A DNA stretch of 49,422 bases from contig URIE01000001.1 of NCBI GenBank assembly GCA_900547805.1, positions 1 through 49,422 on the forward strand, given 5' to 3'. This DNA comes from an uncultured Collinsella sp. GTDB taxonomy: Bacteria; Actinomycetota; Coriobacteriia; Coriobacteriales; Coriobacteriaceae. Shown here one piece after another: positions 1-9,701 of the stretch (position 1 is the stretch's first letter; each line of letters starts with the position of its first letter). Under the pieces are notes generated by a model, which was not told where the DNA came from, ran no database searches, and saw only the letters and a program-made list of their open reading frames with translations. The position numbers were made by a program, and so were the translations under genes.

Positions 1-2586
1 CGCCTAGACGCCGCCGGCCCCAACACCATCGAGACGCCGACCAAGACGCTCGCCCGCCGCATCGCCGACGCGCTCATCGACCCCTTCGCCGGCATCCTCG
101 CCGCGCTCGCGCTGGTCTCGCTCTACATCGACGTGCTCGCCGTGCCCGAGCCGCAGCGCGACCCCTCCACGGTCATCGTCATCGGCATCATGCTGCTGGT
201 ATCGGGCGGCATGAAGTTTATCCAGGAAGCCCGCAGCGGCAATGCGGCCGAGGCCCTCAAGGATCTGGTCTCCAACACCTGCACCGCCCTGCGCGACGGC
301 GAGCGCATCGAGATCCCCTTCGATGAGCTCGTCCCCGGCGACGTGATCCGCCTCTCTGCCGGCGACATGGTGCCGGCCGATGCCCGTATCATCACCGCAC
401 GCGACCTGTTTGTAATCGAGTCCGCCCTCACCGGCGAAAGCGAAGCCGTCGAGAAGACCATGGCCGCCACCGTCATCGAGGGCGCCGACGGCTCCACGCT
501 GCCGCTCTCCGCCTGCAAGAACATCGTCTTTACCGGCACCTCCGTACAAAGCGGCACCGCCATGGCACTTGTCGTCGCCACCGGTTCGAACACCTACCTG
601 GGCGGCATCGCCAAGATGCTCAACGGACGCGGCGAGAAAAGCGCGTTTGACCGCGGCGTCTCGAGCGTCTCGATGCTCCTGGTGCGCCTGATGCTCGCCA
701 TGGCGCCGGCCGTGTTTGCCATCAACGCCGCCACCAAGGGCAACGTCATCGACGCGCTGCTGTTCGCCACGAGCGTGGCCGTGGGCATCACGCCGCAAAT
801 GTTGCCTGTCATCGTGACCACGAGCCTGTCGCAGGGCGCCAAGGACCTCGCCCGTCGCCAGGTTATCGTCAAGGAGCTGCCCGCGATCCAAAACCTGGGC
901 GCGATGGACGTGCTGTGCTGCGACAAGACCGGCACCCTCACCGAGGACCGCATCGTGCTCGAGCGCTATCTCAACACCGACGGAAACGAGGACACACGTG
1001 TGCTGCGCCATGCGTTTTTGAACAGTTTCTTCCAGACCGGCCTCAAGAACCTCATCGACCTGGCCGTGATCGACCGCGCCGATGTGACGCCCTCGGCCGT
1101 CACGCCCGATTCCATGCTGGGCCAGAGCCTGCGCAACCGCTACACCAAGGTCGACGAGGTGCCCTTCGATTTCTCGCGCCGTCGCCTGAGCGTGGTGGTC
1201 GCCGACGCCCAAGACAAAACCCAGATGGTTACCAAGGGCGCTGCCGAGGAAATGCTCGAGATCTGCTCCTTTGTCGAGGTCGACGGCACCGCCCAGACGC
1301 TTACCGACGAAAAGCTCGCCCAGATTCGCAAGCAAGTCGCAGGACTCAACGCCGAAGGCCTGCGCGTGATCGCCGTGGCGCAGAAGACCAACCCGCGCAC
1401 CGTGGGCGAGTTTGACATCGCCGACGAGTGCGACATGGTGCTGATGGGCTTTTTGGCCTTCCTCGATCCGCCCAAAGCGAGCGCCGCGGGCGCCGTCGCC
1501 ACCCTCGAGGCCAAGGGCGTGGCGGTAAAGGTCCTGACCGGCGACAACGACCGTGTCGCCGCCACCGTCTGCGAGCAGATCGGCATCGACGCATGCAACG
1601 TTTTGCTGGGCTCCGAGATCGACGCGCTCGACGACGCCGAGCTGGCGGAGCGCGCCGAACAGACGCATCTCTTTGCCAAGCTCTCGCCGCTGCAGAAGGC
1701 ACGCCTGGTGCGCGTCATGCGCGAGGTGCTCGGCCATACCGTGGGCTTTATGGGCGACGGCATCAACGACGCCGCCGCCATGCGTGCGAGCGACTGCGGC
1801 ATCTCGGTCGACTCCGCCGTCGATATCGCCAAGGAATCCGCCGATATCATCTTGCTCCAGAAGGACCTGGGCGTGCTCGAGCGCGGCATCATCGAAGGCC
1901 GTCGCACCTACGGCAACCTGCTCAAGTACCTCAAGACCACGGTGAGCTCCAACTTTGGCAACGTACTGTCCGTGACCGTCGCGAGCCTGTTCCTGCCGTT
2001 CTTGCCCATGAGCGCCCTGCAACTGGTACTGCTGTCGCTGGTCTATGAGATCGTGTGCATCGCGCTGCCGTGGGACACCGTCGACGACGCCTGGACTGCC
2101 CGCCCGCGCGCCTGGGACGCCGCGTCCATCAAGGGCTTTATGCTCGAGCTTGGCCCCGTGAGCTCGCTGTTTGACATTGCGACCTTCGCCGCACTCTTCT
2201 TTGTGGTGTGTCCCACCGCCGTGGGCGTGAGCTGGGCAGAGCTTGCCGCCGCGGGCAATGTTGCCGGCATGGCGACCTTTGCGGCGATCTTCCAGAGCGG
2301 CTGGTTTGTCGAGTGCATGTGGTCGCAGACGCTCGTGATCCACATGCTGCGCTCCCCGCGCCTGCCAAGCCCGCGCGACCACGCCGCCCCCGCGCTGTGC
2401 GTGCTCACCGTGCTGGGGCTGGCGCTTGTCACCTGGCTGCCGGCAAGCCCCATCGCCGACGCACTGGGCCTCATGCCGCTGCCGCCGAGCTTCTTTGCGC
2501 TGCTCATCGGCATCGTCGCCGCCTATATTGCGCTGACCCAGCTGACAAAGCGCCGCTTCATAGCCCGCCACGGCGAACTGCTGTAA
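1..2586 (+). CDS. mgtA: Mg2+-translocating P-type ATPase (P3B family), 5'-truncated by window edge
   Basis: Frame is open from base 1 (RLDAAGPNTI...). Motifs TGES, DKTGTLT, SFFQTGLKNLID, TGDN, GDGIND and SSNFGN match MgtA/MgtB. Confidence 0.9.
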   Translation, partial: RLDAAGPNTIETPTKTLARRIADALIDPFAGILAALALVSLYIDVLAVPEPQRDPSTVIVIGIMLLVSGGMKFIQEARSGNAAEALKDLVSNTCTALRDGERIEIPFDELVPGDVIRLSAGDMVPADARIITARDLFVIESALTGESEAVEKTMAATVIEGADGSTLPLSACKNIVFTGTSVQSGTAMALVVATGSNTYLGGIAKMLNGRGEKSAFDRGVSSVSMLLVRLMLAMAPAVFAINAATKGNVIDALLFATSVAVGITPQMLPVIVTTSLSQGAKDLARRQVIVKELPAIQNLGAMDVLCCDKTGTLTEDRIVLERYLNTDGNEDTRVLRHAFLNSFFQTGLKNLIDLAVIDRADVTPSAVTPDSMLGQSLRNRYTKVDEVPFDFSRRRLSVVVADAQDKTQMVTKGAAEEMLEICSFVEVDGTAQTLTDEKLAQIRKQVAGLNAEGLRVIAVAQKTNPRTVGEFDIADECDMVLMGFLAFLDPPKASAAGAVATLEAKGVAVKVLTGDNDRVAATVCEQIGIDACNVLLGSEIDALDDAELAERAEQTHLFAKLSPLQKARLVRVMREVLGHTVGFMGDGINDAAAMRASDCGISVDSAVDIAKESADIILLQKDLGVLERGIIEGRRTYGNLLKYLKTTVSSNFGNVLSVTVASLFLPFLPMSALQLVLLSLVYEIVCIALPWDTVDDAWTARPRAWDAASIKGFMLELGPVSSLFDIATFAALFFVVCPTAVGVSWAELAAAGNVAGMATFAAIFQSGWFVECMWSQTLVIHMLRSPRLPSPRDHAAPALCVLTVLGLALVTWLPASPIADALGLMPLPPSFFALLIGIVAAYIALTQLTKRRFIARHGELL

Positions 2587-2601
2587 CAGACAGCCCTAAG
2601 G

Positions 2602-2644
2602 CAAAACCACCACAAAGGTGCCTGTCCCCTTTGTGGTGGTTTTG
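2602..2644. repeat. REP-like palindrome, family A, copy 1 (aaaaccaccacaaagg-tgcctgtcc-cctttgtggtggtttt)
   Basis: 17-bp stem between convergent genes. Near-identical copies at 6328-6368 and, inverted, at 26618-26657. Confidence 0.85.
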
Positions 2645-2649
2645 GAGCG

Positions 2650-3327
2650 TTACGAGGCGTTGGTCAGGCGGCTCCAGAGCTCATCGATATCGATCTGGTC
2701 GCCGCCGCTCAAGTAGCCGGTTCGAATAAAAGCCTCATTGTAGATATAGATGTCATGAGCGCTATCGCCATCGTCTTCGGTGTCGTTGGCCATAATCACG
2801 TAGCGGTGGCCGTCAAGCGCCTTGACCAGCCAATACTGGGTATCATCGATCGTGCATTTCTCCTGCACCATCGCCGCATCGCCAATCGCGCCGATGAGCG
2901 CCCGCTCGCCCTTCGTATAGCCGCCCACCGAGAGTAGAATCGCGACGTTTTCGTCTCCGCCGCCCGGTTCAAGCTCCTCGTACTCGGACTCCGAAAGCGG
3001 TATCGCGCTGTTCGCAAGTTCGTCCACATCGTCCGAAACCTTGGAAAAGGTAAAAGCGAAAAATCCCGCGTCATCGACGGCGCCGTAGCCCACGTTCTCG
3101 CCTTGCCACTCATAATTTTGATGTTTGAGCAGGCGCACCATATCGGCACCAGCCAAGTTGATCGCGGCATAGACCGTCACGTTAGCATTGTCGTCCACGC
3201 AGGCGGCGTCCGCCGTGCTCGCTGCTTTGGCGCCGCCCGTTGTGCCCGAGCAGCCAGTCAGCGCACAAGCCAGCGCACCCGCGCCTGTCACAAAGGCCGC
3301 ACGGTTCATCGTCACTTCATTCATCAT
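2650..3327 (-). CDS. Putative lipoprotein, unknown function (paralog of 3363-4118)
   Basis: Lipobox LTGC, GAGGA RBS, and shared blocks with the neighbouring gene. Confidence 0.75.
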   Translation of the reverse strand: MMNEVTMNRAAFVTGAGALACALTGCSGTTGGAKAASTADAACVDDNANVTVYAAINLAGADMVRLLKHQNYEWQGENVGYGAVDDAGFFAFTFSKVSDDVDELANSAIPLSESEYEELEPGGGDENVAILLSVGGYTKGERALIGAIGDAAMVQEKCTIDDTQYWLVKALDGHRYVIMANDTEDDGDSAHDIYIYNEAFIRTGYLSGGDQIDIDELWSRLTNAS

Positions 3328-3362
3328 GTTCGTTCCTCGCTATGGTATTGGCCACGTCGCAC

Positions 3363-4118
3363 CTAGCCGAGCGCGCGTCCAGTCTTTTCCTGCCAAAATT
3401 CGTCTATTGTCGGAGCACCGCCGCCCTGGGTAAACCTACCGGTCTTGATAGCCTCCTCGGTAATGAGGTCCAGGCGGTAGTCGCCGTTTTCCATCGGGCT
3501 CACCATGGCAACGTGACGCGCCATGTTGGAACCGTAGACGCACGCAATCCACGAGCCCGAGGTAATCTGCGCGCGGTCCTCAACCGGAACGGAAAAGCCC
3601 GCGATAACATCCTCGCAGCTCGAATAGCCCGCAAGCTGCAGCGTAAACATCACGGTACTCCCGGTGCCGCCCTTGTCGAGCTTTCCGATTTCATCCTCGC
3701 CGAGCCATTCGGTTGCGCCATCCTTGCTGATATTGCAGACGCTGAGCACGCGACCTGCCTCGTTCTCGTACATCTCGAGCGCATCTTGCCAGGTATAACC
3801 CTGTTGCGACGCAAACTCCTGCAACTGCCAGCCCTTAAGCTCGAGCAACGCTGCGATGCTGATGTTGCGGTGCGCATCCCAGCAGTCATCCGACCACGTA
3901 TCGAACGCGTCCGCCGAGCCGCTGTCTGTGTCCGCACCGCCGCCCGCATCACCGGAATCACCCGATGACGAGCCCGCATCCATCTTGTCCTTTACCGGGC
4001 GATCGTCGTTAAAACCCGTCGTGTCCTGCGCCTGCTGTCCGCCGCATCCCGCAAGCGTCAGCAACGCCGTTCCCGCCGCCGCGACAAACGCCGTGCGCGA
4101 AATAACCGTCTCCCTCAT
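3363..4118 (-). CDS. Putative lipoprotein, unknown function
   Basis: ATG at 4118 after AAAGGAA; lipobox LAGC; D/G/S-rich linker. Confidence 0.75.
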   Translation of the reverse strand: MRETVISRTAFVAAAGTALLTLAGCGGQQAQDTTGFNDDRPVKDKMDAGSSSGDSGDAGGGADTDSGSADAFDTWSDDCWDAHRNISIAALLELKGWQLQEFASQQGYTWQDALEMYENEAGRVLSVCNISKDGATEWLGEDEIGKLDKGGTGSTVMFTLQLAGYSSCEDVIAGFSVPVEDRAQITSGSWIACVYGSNMARHVAMVSPMENGDYRLDLITEEAIKTGRFTQGGGAPTIDEFWQEKTGRALG

Positions 4119-4192
4119 CGTTGTTCCTTTCCCGTTTCTTATCACAGCGCCGAGCAACGCCTCGACACCGATCCTCCCGTAGCCCACTCACG

Positions 4193-5755
4193 CTATTGAC
4201 GGGGCAGCTCCGTCCAGCCAAAACCGGGCTCAAAGCCATCGCGCGTGCCGATCACGTCGCCCGAGCCGTTCACCCAAGCTTGATCCGCCATCACCGAAAC
4301 CTCGACATCGGTACCGTCGGGCCTGGTGTAATGGTTGACCCCGCGGATGGCATCGGAATACGACGCCGCGCCCGTTCCCACACCTGCGCTGGAGAAATTG
4401 GCCGCGCTGGCGGCCATATTCGCGGCGTGTTGACGATCGCTGCGCTCAAACCAAGCCTGCTGGTAGCTGTCGAACGCCGCCTGCTGCGAGGCATGCATCT
4501 GCTGCCAGGCTGCGAACTGCTGTTGCTGCTGGGCGATGTTCATCTGCGTGCGCTGACGCTGCTCGAGCACCATCTGCTGCTTTTGAGCGCACGCTTCGCG
4601 CGCAATCGACGGGTTGAGCCGCAGAGTCGACGCCATTGAGGCAAGCGCCGTGGAGGCCGCCTCGTCCAGACGGCCTTCCGGCGCAACCAGGCAGAAGCTG
4701 TCCCTGATACGCCACTGCAACAGGTCTGCCGCGCCCAGCTTGAACGGCGCCCCGTCTGGGCAATCGCCCTGATCCGGAGCCTGATCTTTCGCGGCGCGCT
4801 GACCCGCCGCCGCAGCCGCCTGGCGCTCGCGCAGGCGCTTACCCAGAACGCCACCGATCAGTCCGCTCGAAAGGCCCGCGCCCAGCAGCGCCTCGGCCCC
4901 GGCGGCAACGCCTTTACCCACAGAACCCGCGACTCCACCGATCGAGACTACATAGCCCTCGACCTTTGCCGCCACTGCAAGCTCGGTAGGCGCCGGGACG
5001 CCCGCGAGCCGATATCGACGCATGCGACACTCATAGACCACATCGCTCGGTTCCATCGAAAAGCCCTGAATCGCAAAGTCGTTTGCAGCCTCGCGCTTTA
5101 CGCGAGCACGCTCATGTTCAATATCGCCTGCCGCGCTCGACGGATAGGGTTGCTCGGCCACAACCTCCGCCCGTGCGCCCAATTGCGCCGCGCAGGCTTG
5201 AGCTAACTCGTCGCACGCCGCCTCCACGTGCACAAACGCCTTGCGCTCGGTTTGCGTGGGGATACGCTTGGCAACGGCGCCCGCGTCCACGTAGCAGAGC
5301 TCGGAGCGATACATGATGCGTTCGCCCGCCGGGCCTGCCGCCGTCACGCCAACTGAAATCGGGCAGTCGAAACTACTGCTGCGCTCAAGATGCGCCTCTT
5401 CGATACGCCAACCCCGCGGCAGCGCCACTTGCGCGAGCGCTTGGCCGCCAGAGGCATCGCATGCGGTGTGGAGCTCAAGGTCGCCGACGCGGGGAGCATC
5501 CGCTGCGGCCACGTCGCGGACCGGCGACGCGGCGTCGGCATCCTGCATCGGCACATCGACCGGCGCGTTCGCGCTCGGCTCACAACCTTCGCCCGCGCCA
5601 TCATCGGCAGCCGCCCCATTTGCGTGTTCCGCGACACCCGGGTCATCCTCAACGCTCTCAAGCCGAACACCGCAGCCCGGGCAAAATCGCACCGGCACGC
5701 CGGCGACCCGCGGCAGCTACATCCCGCACGCCGGGCAGAATCTCAAATCACTCAT
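4193..5755 (-). pseudogene. Double zinc-ribbon protein with Q-rich C-terminus, interrupted by in-frame TAG at codon 13 (restart at GTG 5698 possible)
   Basis: ATG 5755 after GAGGGG reads MSDLRFCPACGM*LPRVAGVPVRFCPGCG, in frame with the 501-aa ORF. Confidence 0.65.
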
Positions 5756-5772
5756 CCCGTACACCCCTCATT

Positions 5773-6225
5773 TCATTGGCTGTTCTTGATGGCGGCTAGC
5801 TGTCGCCACAGTTCATCAGCACCGTCAAGGCGATATGCCGTCTTGTCGAGCACGATATTCCCGCCCTCGAACTCCACCGATTGCTCCGAGCCGTCTTCAT
5901 AGACAAAGACGAGCGTGCGACCGGCATCGCTCATCCGCTCATCCACCGCACCTCCCACGGTGCAATCGTCGAGCGCGGCAAAAGTCGATGCGACCAGCTC
6001 GGCATCGTCGGTCTCATAGATCGTCCGCGCCTCGCCGTCCTCGATAAGCTTGACTGCCACCGGATCGGCAGCACAATCGTTCAGCAACGCTTGCGCGGCG
6101 TTCTTTCCCTGGTCGGCACGGGCACCAAAGCCGTATGCCCGCACAAGCGTCACCGCCGCAGCAAGGACCACCACGGCGATAAGCGCGCCCGCAATTTTAT
6201 TAGACGAGCAACCACGAGACGCCAT
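5773..6225 (-). CDS. Small N-terminally membrane-anchored hypothetical protein
   Basis: GGAAGGGG RBS, one hydrophobic N-terminal helix, co-oriented with downstream genes. Confidence 0.7.
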   Translation of the reverse strand: MASRGCSSNKIAGALIAVVVLAAAVTLVRAYGFGARADQGKNAAQALLNDCAADPVAVKLIEDGEARTIYETDDAELVASTFAALDDCTVGGAVDERMSDAGRTLVFVYEDGSEQSVEFEGGNIVLDKTAYRLDGADELWRQLAAIKNSQ

Positions 6226-6327
6226 AGGCCCACCCCTTCCGTTCTGCTCCGCTCAACATCACATTCATATGCCTTTGAGCGCCAAAACGGCAGGTGACAA
6301 ATGTCTCATATTCATATTTTTGCAGGT

Positions 6328-6368
6328 AAAACCACCACAAAGGTGCCTGTCCCCTTCGTGGTGGTTTT
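6328..6368. repeat. REP-like palindrome, family A, copy 2
   Basis: One mismatch versus 2603-2643; lies directly after the luxR-family stop codon. Confidence 0.85.
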
Positions 6369-6370
6369 GG

Positions 6371-7915
6371 CTAGTCTTGGGGTGTCCAGGACCAGAAGAA
6401 ATTGATGAGGGCCACGCGCGAGGCAGCACCGGTCTTTTTGTTGATCGAGGCGATATGGCGGTAGAGCGTAGAACGCGAAAGGAAGAGCGCTGCCGCAACG
6501 TCCTGCACGCTGTCGTCCGATACGACCAGCGCCTCCAGTACATCGCGCTCGCGCTTGGTAAGTCCAAAGGCGGCTACAAAACCGTCGAGTCGATCGTCAA
6601 ACGAAAGCTCCGGTGTCTCCAGGGACACCGTGTCGACCTGATCGGGCGCACGGCTCACGCCAAGATCGTCGGTGGCAAACGCCAGCCCCCTGTGACCCGC
6701 TTCGTCCTCAACGCCTTGTCCAAACTGCCCCAACAGCGAGATCGCAATGCCGACAAACAGCACGAGTACGACACCCACCGCCATCAGCACGTTTTGGCTC
6801 GAGATGATCGCCACCGCCGGAGCCGTCACAAGCATTGAGCAAATGTTGTTGATGACGCGGCCCATGCACGGCCACAGATACGACCAGCGGGCATACATCG
6901 AAATCGCGGCGAACTTCGCGGTGAAGAACACCACGAAAAAGCCCGTGCCCAGGTAAAAGATAATCGTGGCGGCGAGCGCATTGCCGCCGTTGCCATCGGT
7001 GATAAGCACAAAGAACGAGAGCGTGGACAGCATGGCGGCGCACGTCATGATGATATTCATATACGAGCGTCCGCGCAGGTCATACAGGGCGCCGGCAGCA
7101 AGCGCACTCACAACCAGCAGCAAGCGCGGCCAGTCACCCAGATCGATAGCGCCGGCGGCATGCGAGGTCGTAAGACCGGCATTGAGAGCCGCGAATACGC
7201 CGGTGAGGCAGGCGGTCGCCACCGTCAAGCGCACTACGGCACCCTGGAAGGCCGCCTTTGCCTCGGGATTATCGCGCCACTTGGCGCCATGCTCCGACGC
7301 ATCGACCGATAGCTCGGCAATCTCGGCTTCGAACTCGGGCGCGGACTCATCGCGTAATTTAGCTCGGCGGGTACCGTGAAGCAGCCCAACCAGCGCAATC
7401 GCACAGGCAATAAGGACAAACTGTTGAGGAATGCCCGCAGGCATCACCATATGGTTGAGCACCTGTACCAAAATGCCCGCAGCATAAGAAACCGCCACGG
7501 CACGTGCCAGACAAGGCGTCTGCGCAAAACGCCGCGCCAGATTGGCATGAGCGGTCGATCCGCAGTAGCCCAGGGCGCAGCACGCCACCAGACCGCCCGC
7601 AATCACAACCTGAAACTGCGCCGCCATAATCAGCAGCAGCAATGCCGACACCAGCAGCACGCCCGTCATATCGCTCGTTGCATCGATTGTCTGGGGACGG
7701 CGATAGTACAGGAGAGGACGCACAAAATAGCCGATCACGCTCGCGCCGACGACGATGCTCTCGTAGATAACGACCTCGTTCGCCGGCACAAACTCGGCCA
7801 CGCGCACGTCAAAGAGGTACTCGCCGGCCAAAAACGTGAAAAAGAAAAGCGCCAGGCACAGAATCTCCCGTATGCCCCGGCGCAAATATGCGGTTGTGTC
7901 TCCCAGGTCCCTCAT
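6371..7915 (-). CDS. Polytopic membrane-bound LuxR-family transcriptional regulator (alternative start 7951)
   Basis: Many hydrophobic helices, then a C-terminal LuxR HTH (GLTKRERDVL...VAAALFLSRSTLYRHIASINKKTG). Confidence 0.85.
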   Translation of the reverse strand: MRDLGDTTAYLRRGIREILCLALFFFTFLAGEYLFDVRVAEFVPANEVVIYESIVVGASVIGYFVRPLLYYRRPQTIDATSDMTGVLLVSALLLLIMAAQFQVVIAGGLVACCALGYCGSTAHANLARRFAQTPCLARAVAVSYAAGILVQVLNHMVMPAGIPQQFVLIACAIALVGLLHGTRRAKLRDESAPEFEAEIAELSVDASEHGAKWRDNPEAKAAFQGAVVRLTVATACLTGVFAALNAGLTTSHAAGAIDLGDWPRLLLVVSALAAGALYDLRGRSYMNIIMTCAAMLSTLSFFVLITDGNGGNALAATIIFYLGTGFFVVFFTAKFAAISMYARWSYLWPCMGRVINNICSMLVTAPAVAIISSQNVLMAVGVVLVLFVGIAISLLGQFGQGVEDEAGHRGLAFATDDLGVSRAPDQVDTVSLETPELSFDDRLDGFVAAFGLTKRERDVLEALVVSDDSVQDVAAALFLSRSTLYRHIASINKKTGAASRVALINFFWSWTPQD

Positions 7916-8026
7916 GGTAACCCCCACACGCTTAGATGTCCGGAAAACCATTTTAATGGAGAATGGGTCTTAGTATCCACGCAATGCCCGAACTGTTACG
8001 CATCCGGCGCAAATGCCCCAACAGCA

Positions 8027-8091
8027 GTTGCGGTGAAATAGTTCCTGTTTGACCGGCCCGGGCTGTCATTTAGGAACTATTCCACCGCAAC
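8027..8091. repeat. 65-bp inverted-repeat element, family B, copy 1
   Basis: gttgcggtgaaatagttcct...aggaactattccaccgcaac (20-bp arms, 1 mismatch); second copy at 14812-14876. Confidence 0.85.
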
Positions 8092-8176
8092 ATATAAAGG
8101 GGACTGGGTTGTTGATATCGGAAAAGGGAGGGAGGTGCCCGGACCGAGGGAGCAACTCGGGATCGAAGCTCGAGCG

Positions 8177-9490
8177 TTAGTGCTCGGGCGTCAGGATCAC
8201 CAGGGCGTCGTGCTCAAAGGAATGCTGAGCCACGCGCACGGTGCCGTCGCCATTGTCGCGAACGGGCAGCTTGGCGATACGCTTGGCCTCCATGTCGAGG
8301 GCCGTCGCCGACCAGCCGCGCGCACTATCGAGCTTAAACGTAAGTGCCGTGGTGCGCGGCAGATAGGTGACGACACGCTCGCCAATACGCGCCACACGGA
8401 TGGACTCGCGCGCGTCATCGAGCAGCTCCTGTGCCGGGATAACGGCGAGAGCGTCGTCGCTAGCCGTGGCACCCAGGCCGGCAAGCACGTGCTCGATGGC
8501 GGCAAAATCCCACACGCCCGCAAACTGCAGACACTCCTGCCAGCGGAACGGCATGTCAAAGCCCTCGCCCAGCACCGAACCCTGGCTGCGCGATGTCTGC
8601 CAGTTCCAAACGCCGTGGGCGCCGTAGGTCACGCCCGCGCTGGCGCCGGCAAGGATCGAAGACCACACGCTCGCGCGACAGTCCTGCGCGGTAAAACGCC
8701 AGTACACGTTGCGCGACGCACCCATCTGCTCGTAGCAGGGCTCGGAGTTGACCATCGGCTTTTTGGGATAGCTGGCGATAAAGTCCTGCGGCAGGTGCCA
8801 GGCCTCGGGCTGGCCTTCGTAGTTGTGGCCGGGCTGGAACATATAGAAGTCCAGGCGGTCCAAATACTGCGCGGGAATCGTGCGGTTACCGCGATTGATG
8901 TGCATGGTACGCAGGGCCTCGGGCGCGCGCTTCGCAACCTCGTCGAGCGCATCCTCGTAATAGGCAATCGCCTCGTCACCGGCAAAGTCCGTGTCGCCCG
9001 TCACCACATAGACGGGATCGAACTCGCCCAGGTTCTCGACGACGCGGGCAACGTGGGCACGGACCTCCTCGCGCGGCATAACCTCGGCACCGCAACGCTC
9101 GGCGATCTTAGCGCCCCAGGTACCGGGCACGTAGTTGCACCACATGAGCACGAGCGCCGGACGAATGCCGTGCTCGACGGCAGCGCGGCACATGGCGGCG
9201 GCGCGATCCCAATACGCCTGGTTGGGTTGAGACCAATCAAAGCGCACGCCATCCTCGCTGGCATAGGGCCAAATGCCCAGATCGGGGCAGCAGCGATCCC
9301 ACTGCGGCAGCGTGTTAATCTGCAGCACGTTCATGCCCTGCTCGGCGCGGCGGGTCAGATAGTAGTCCCAGTCGGCCTCGGGGATGCTGGTAAACGCACT
9401 CCAGCACGTATCGGCAAACCAAAAGAACGGCTTGCCCTCGCACAAAAAACCGTCCTGACGACCGTTGACGGTCAGTTTTCCCAAACTCAT
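8177..9490 (-). CDS. DUF4038 (apiosidase-like, GH140-related) glycoside hydrolase
   Basis: GKPFFWFADTCW, Y..RRAEQGMNVLQ, MFQPGH, KPMVNSEPCYE and GVTYGAHGVW match DUF4038 proteins. GAAAGGA RBS fits ATG 9490. No signal peptide. Confidence 0.8.
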   Translation of the reverse strand: MSLGKLTVNGRQDGFLCEGKPFFWFADTCWSAFTSIPEADWDYYLTRRAEQGMNVLQINTLPQWDRCCPDLGIWPYASEDGVRFDWSQPNQAYWDRAAAMCRAAVEHGIRPALVLMWCNYVPGTWGAKIAERCGAEVMPREEVRAHVARVVENLGEFDPVYVVTGDTDFAGDEAIAYYEDALDEVAKRAPEALRTMHINRGNRTIPAQYLDRLDFYMFQPGHNYEGQPEAWHLPQDFIASYPKKPMVNSEPCYEQMGASRNVYWRFTAQDCRASVWSSILAGASAGVTYGAHGVWNWQTSRSQGSVLGEGFDMPFRWQECLQFAGVWDFAAIEHVLAGLGATASDDALAVIPAQELLDDARESIRVARIGERVVTYLPRTTALTFKLDSARGWSATALDMEAKRIAKLPVRDNGDGTVRVAQHSFEHDALVILTPEH

Positions 9491-9623
9491 CTGCATGTCC
9501 TTTCGCTCGATAAAGGAATTGCGAACCGGCAGAAGCTTTCGCGGTAACCCCTGATGCGAAAGCCCCCGCCGTTTAACAAACCCCTGCGGGCGGACACCAC
9601 TTGCCCACTCCAGTCTACCTTGC

Positions 9624-9660
9624 AAGAAGGGCCCCGCCGGGCTTGCGCCTGACGGGGCCC
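9624..9660 (-). terminator. Putative intrinsic terminator/hairpin after PTS gene
   Basis: gggccccg...cggggccc stem followed by TTCTT on the minus strand. Confidence 0.55.
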
Positions 9661-9701
9661 TGTCGTGTAGGTAAGGTCGTATGCGACCGAATGGCTTGGC
9701 C

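Noticed and set aside
4..2571. 855-aa minus-strand ORF and similar long antisense ORFs (9681-11174, 11590-13050, 16013-17827, 23903-25240, 29806-31380, 33084-34610, 45073-46362)
   Set aside because: Shadow frames opposite well-supported genes, expected in high-GC DNA, with no recognisable motifs.
5717..5719. Pyrrolysine or programmed TAG readthrough
   Set aside because: No pyl genes in the window, and TAG terminates many normal genes here. A nonsense mutation or error is simpler.
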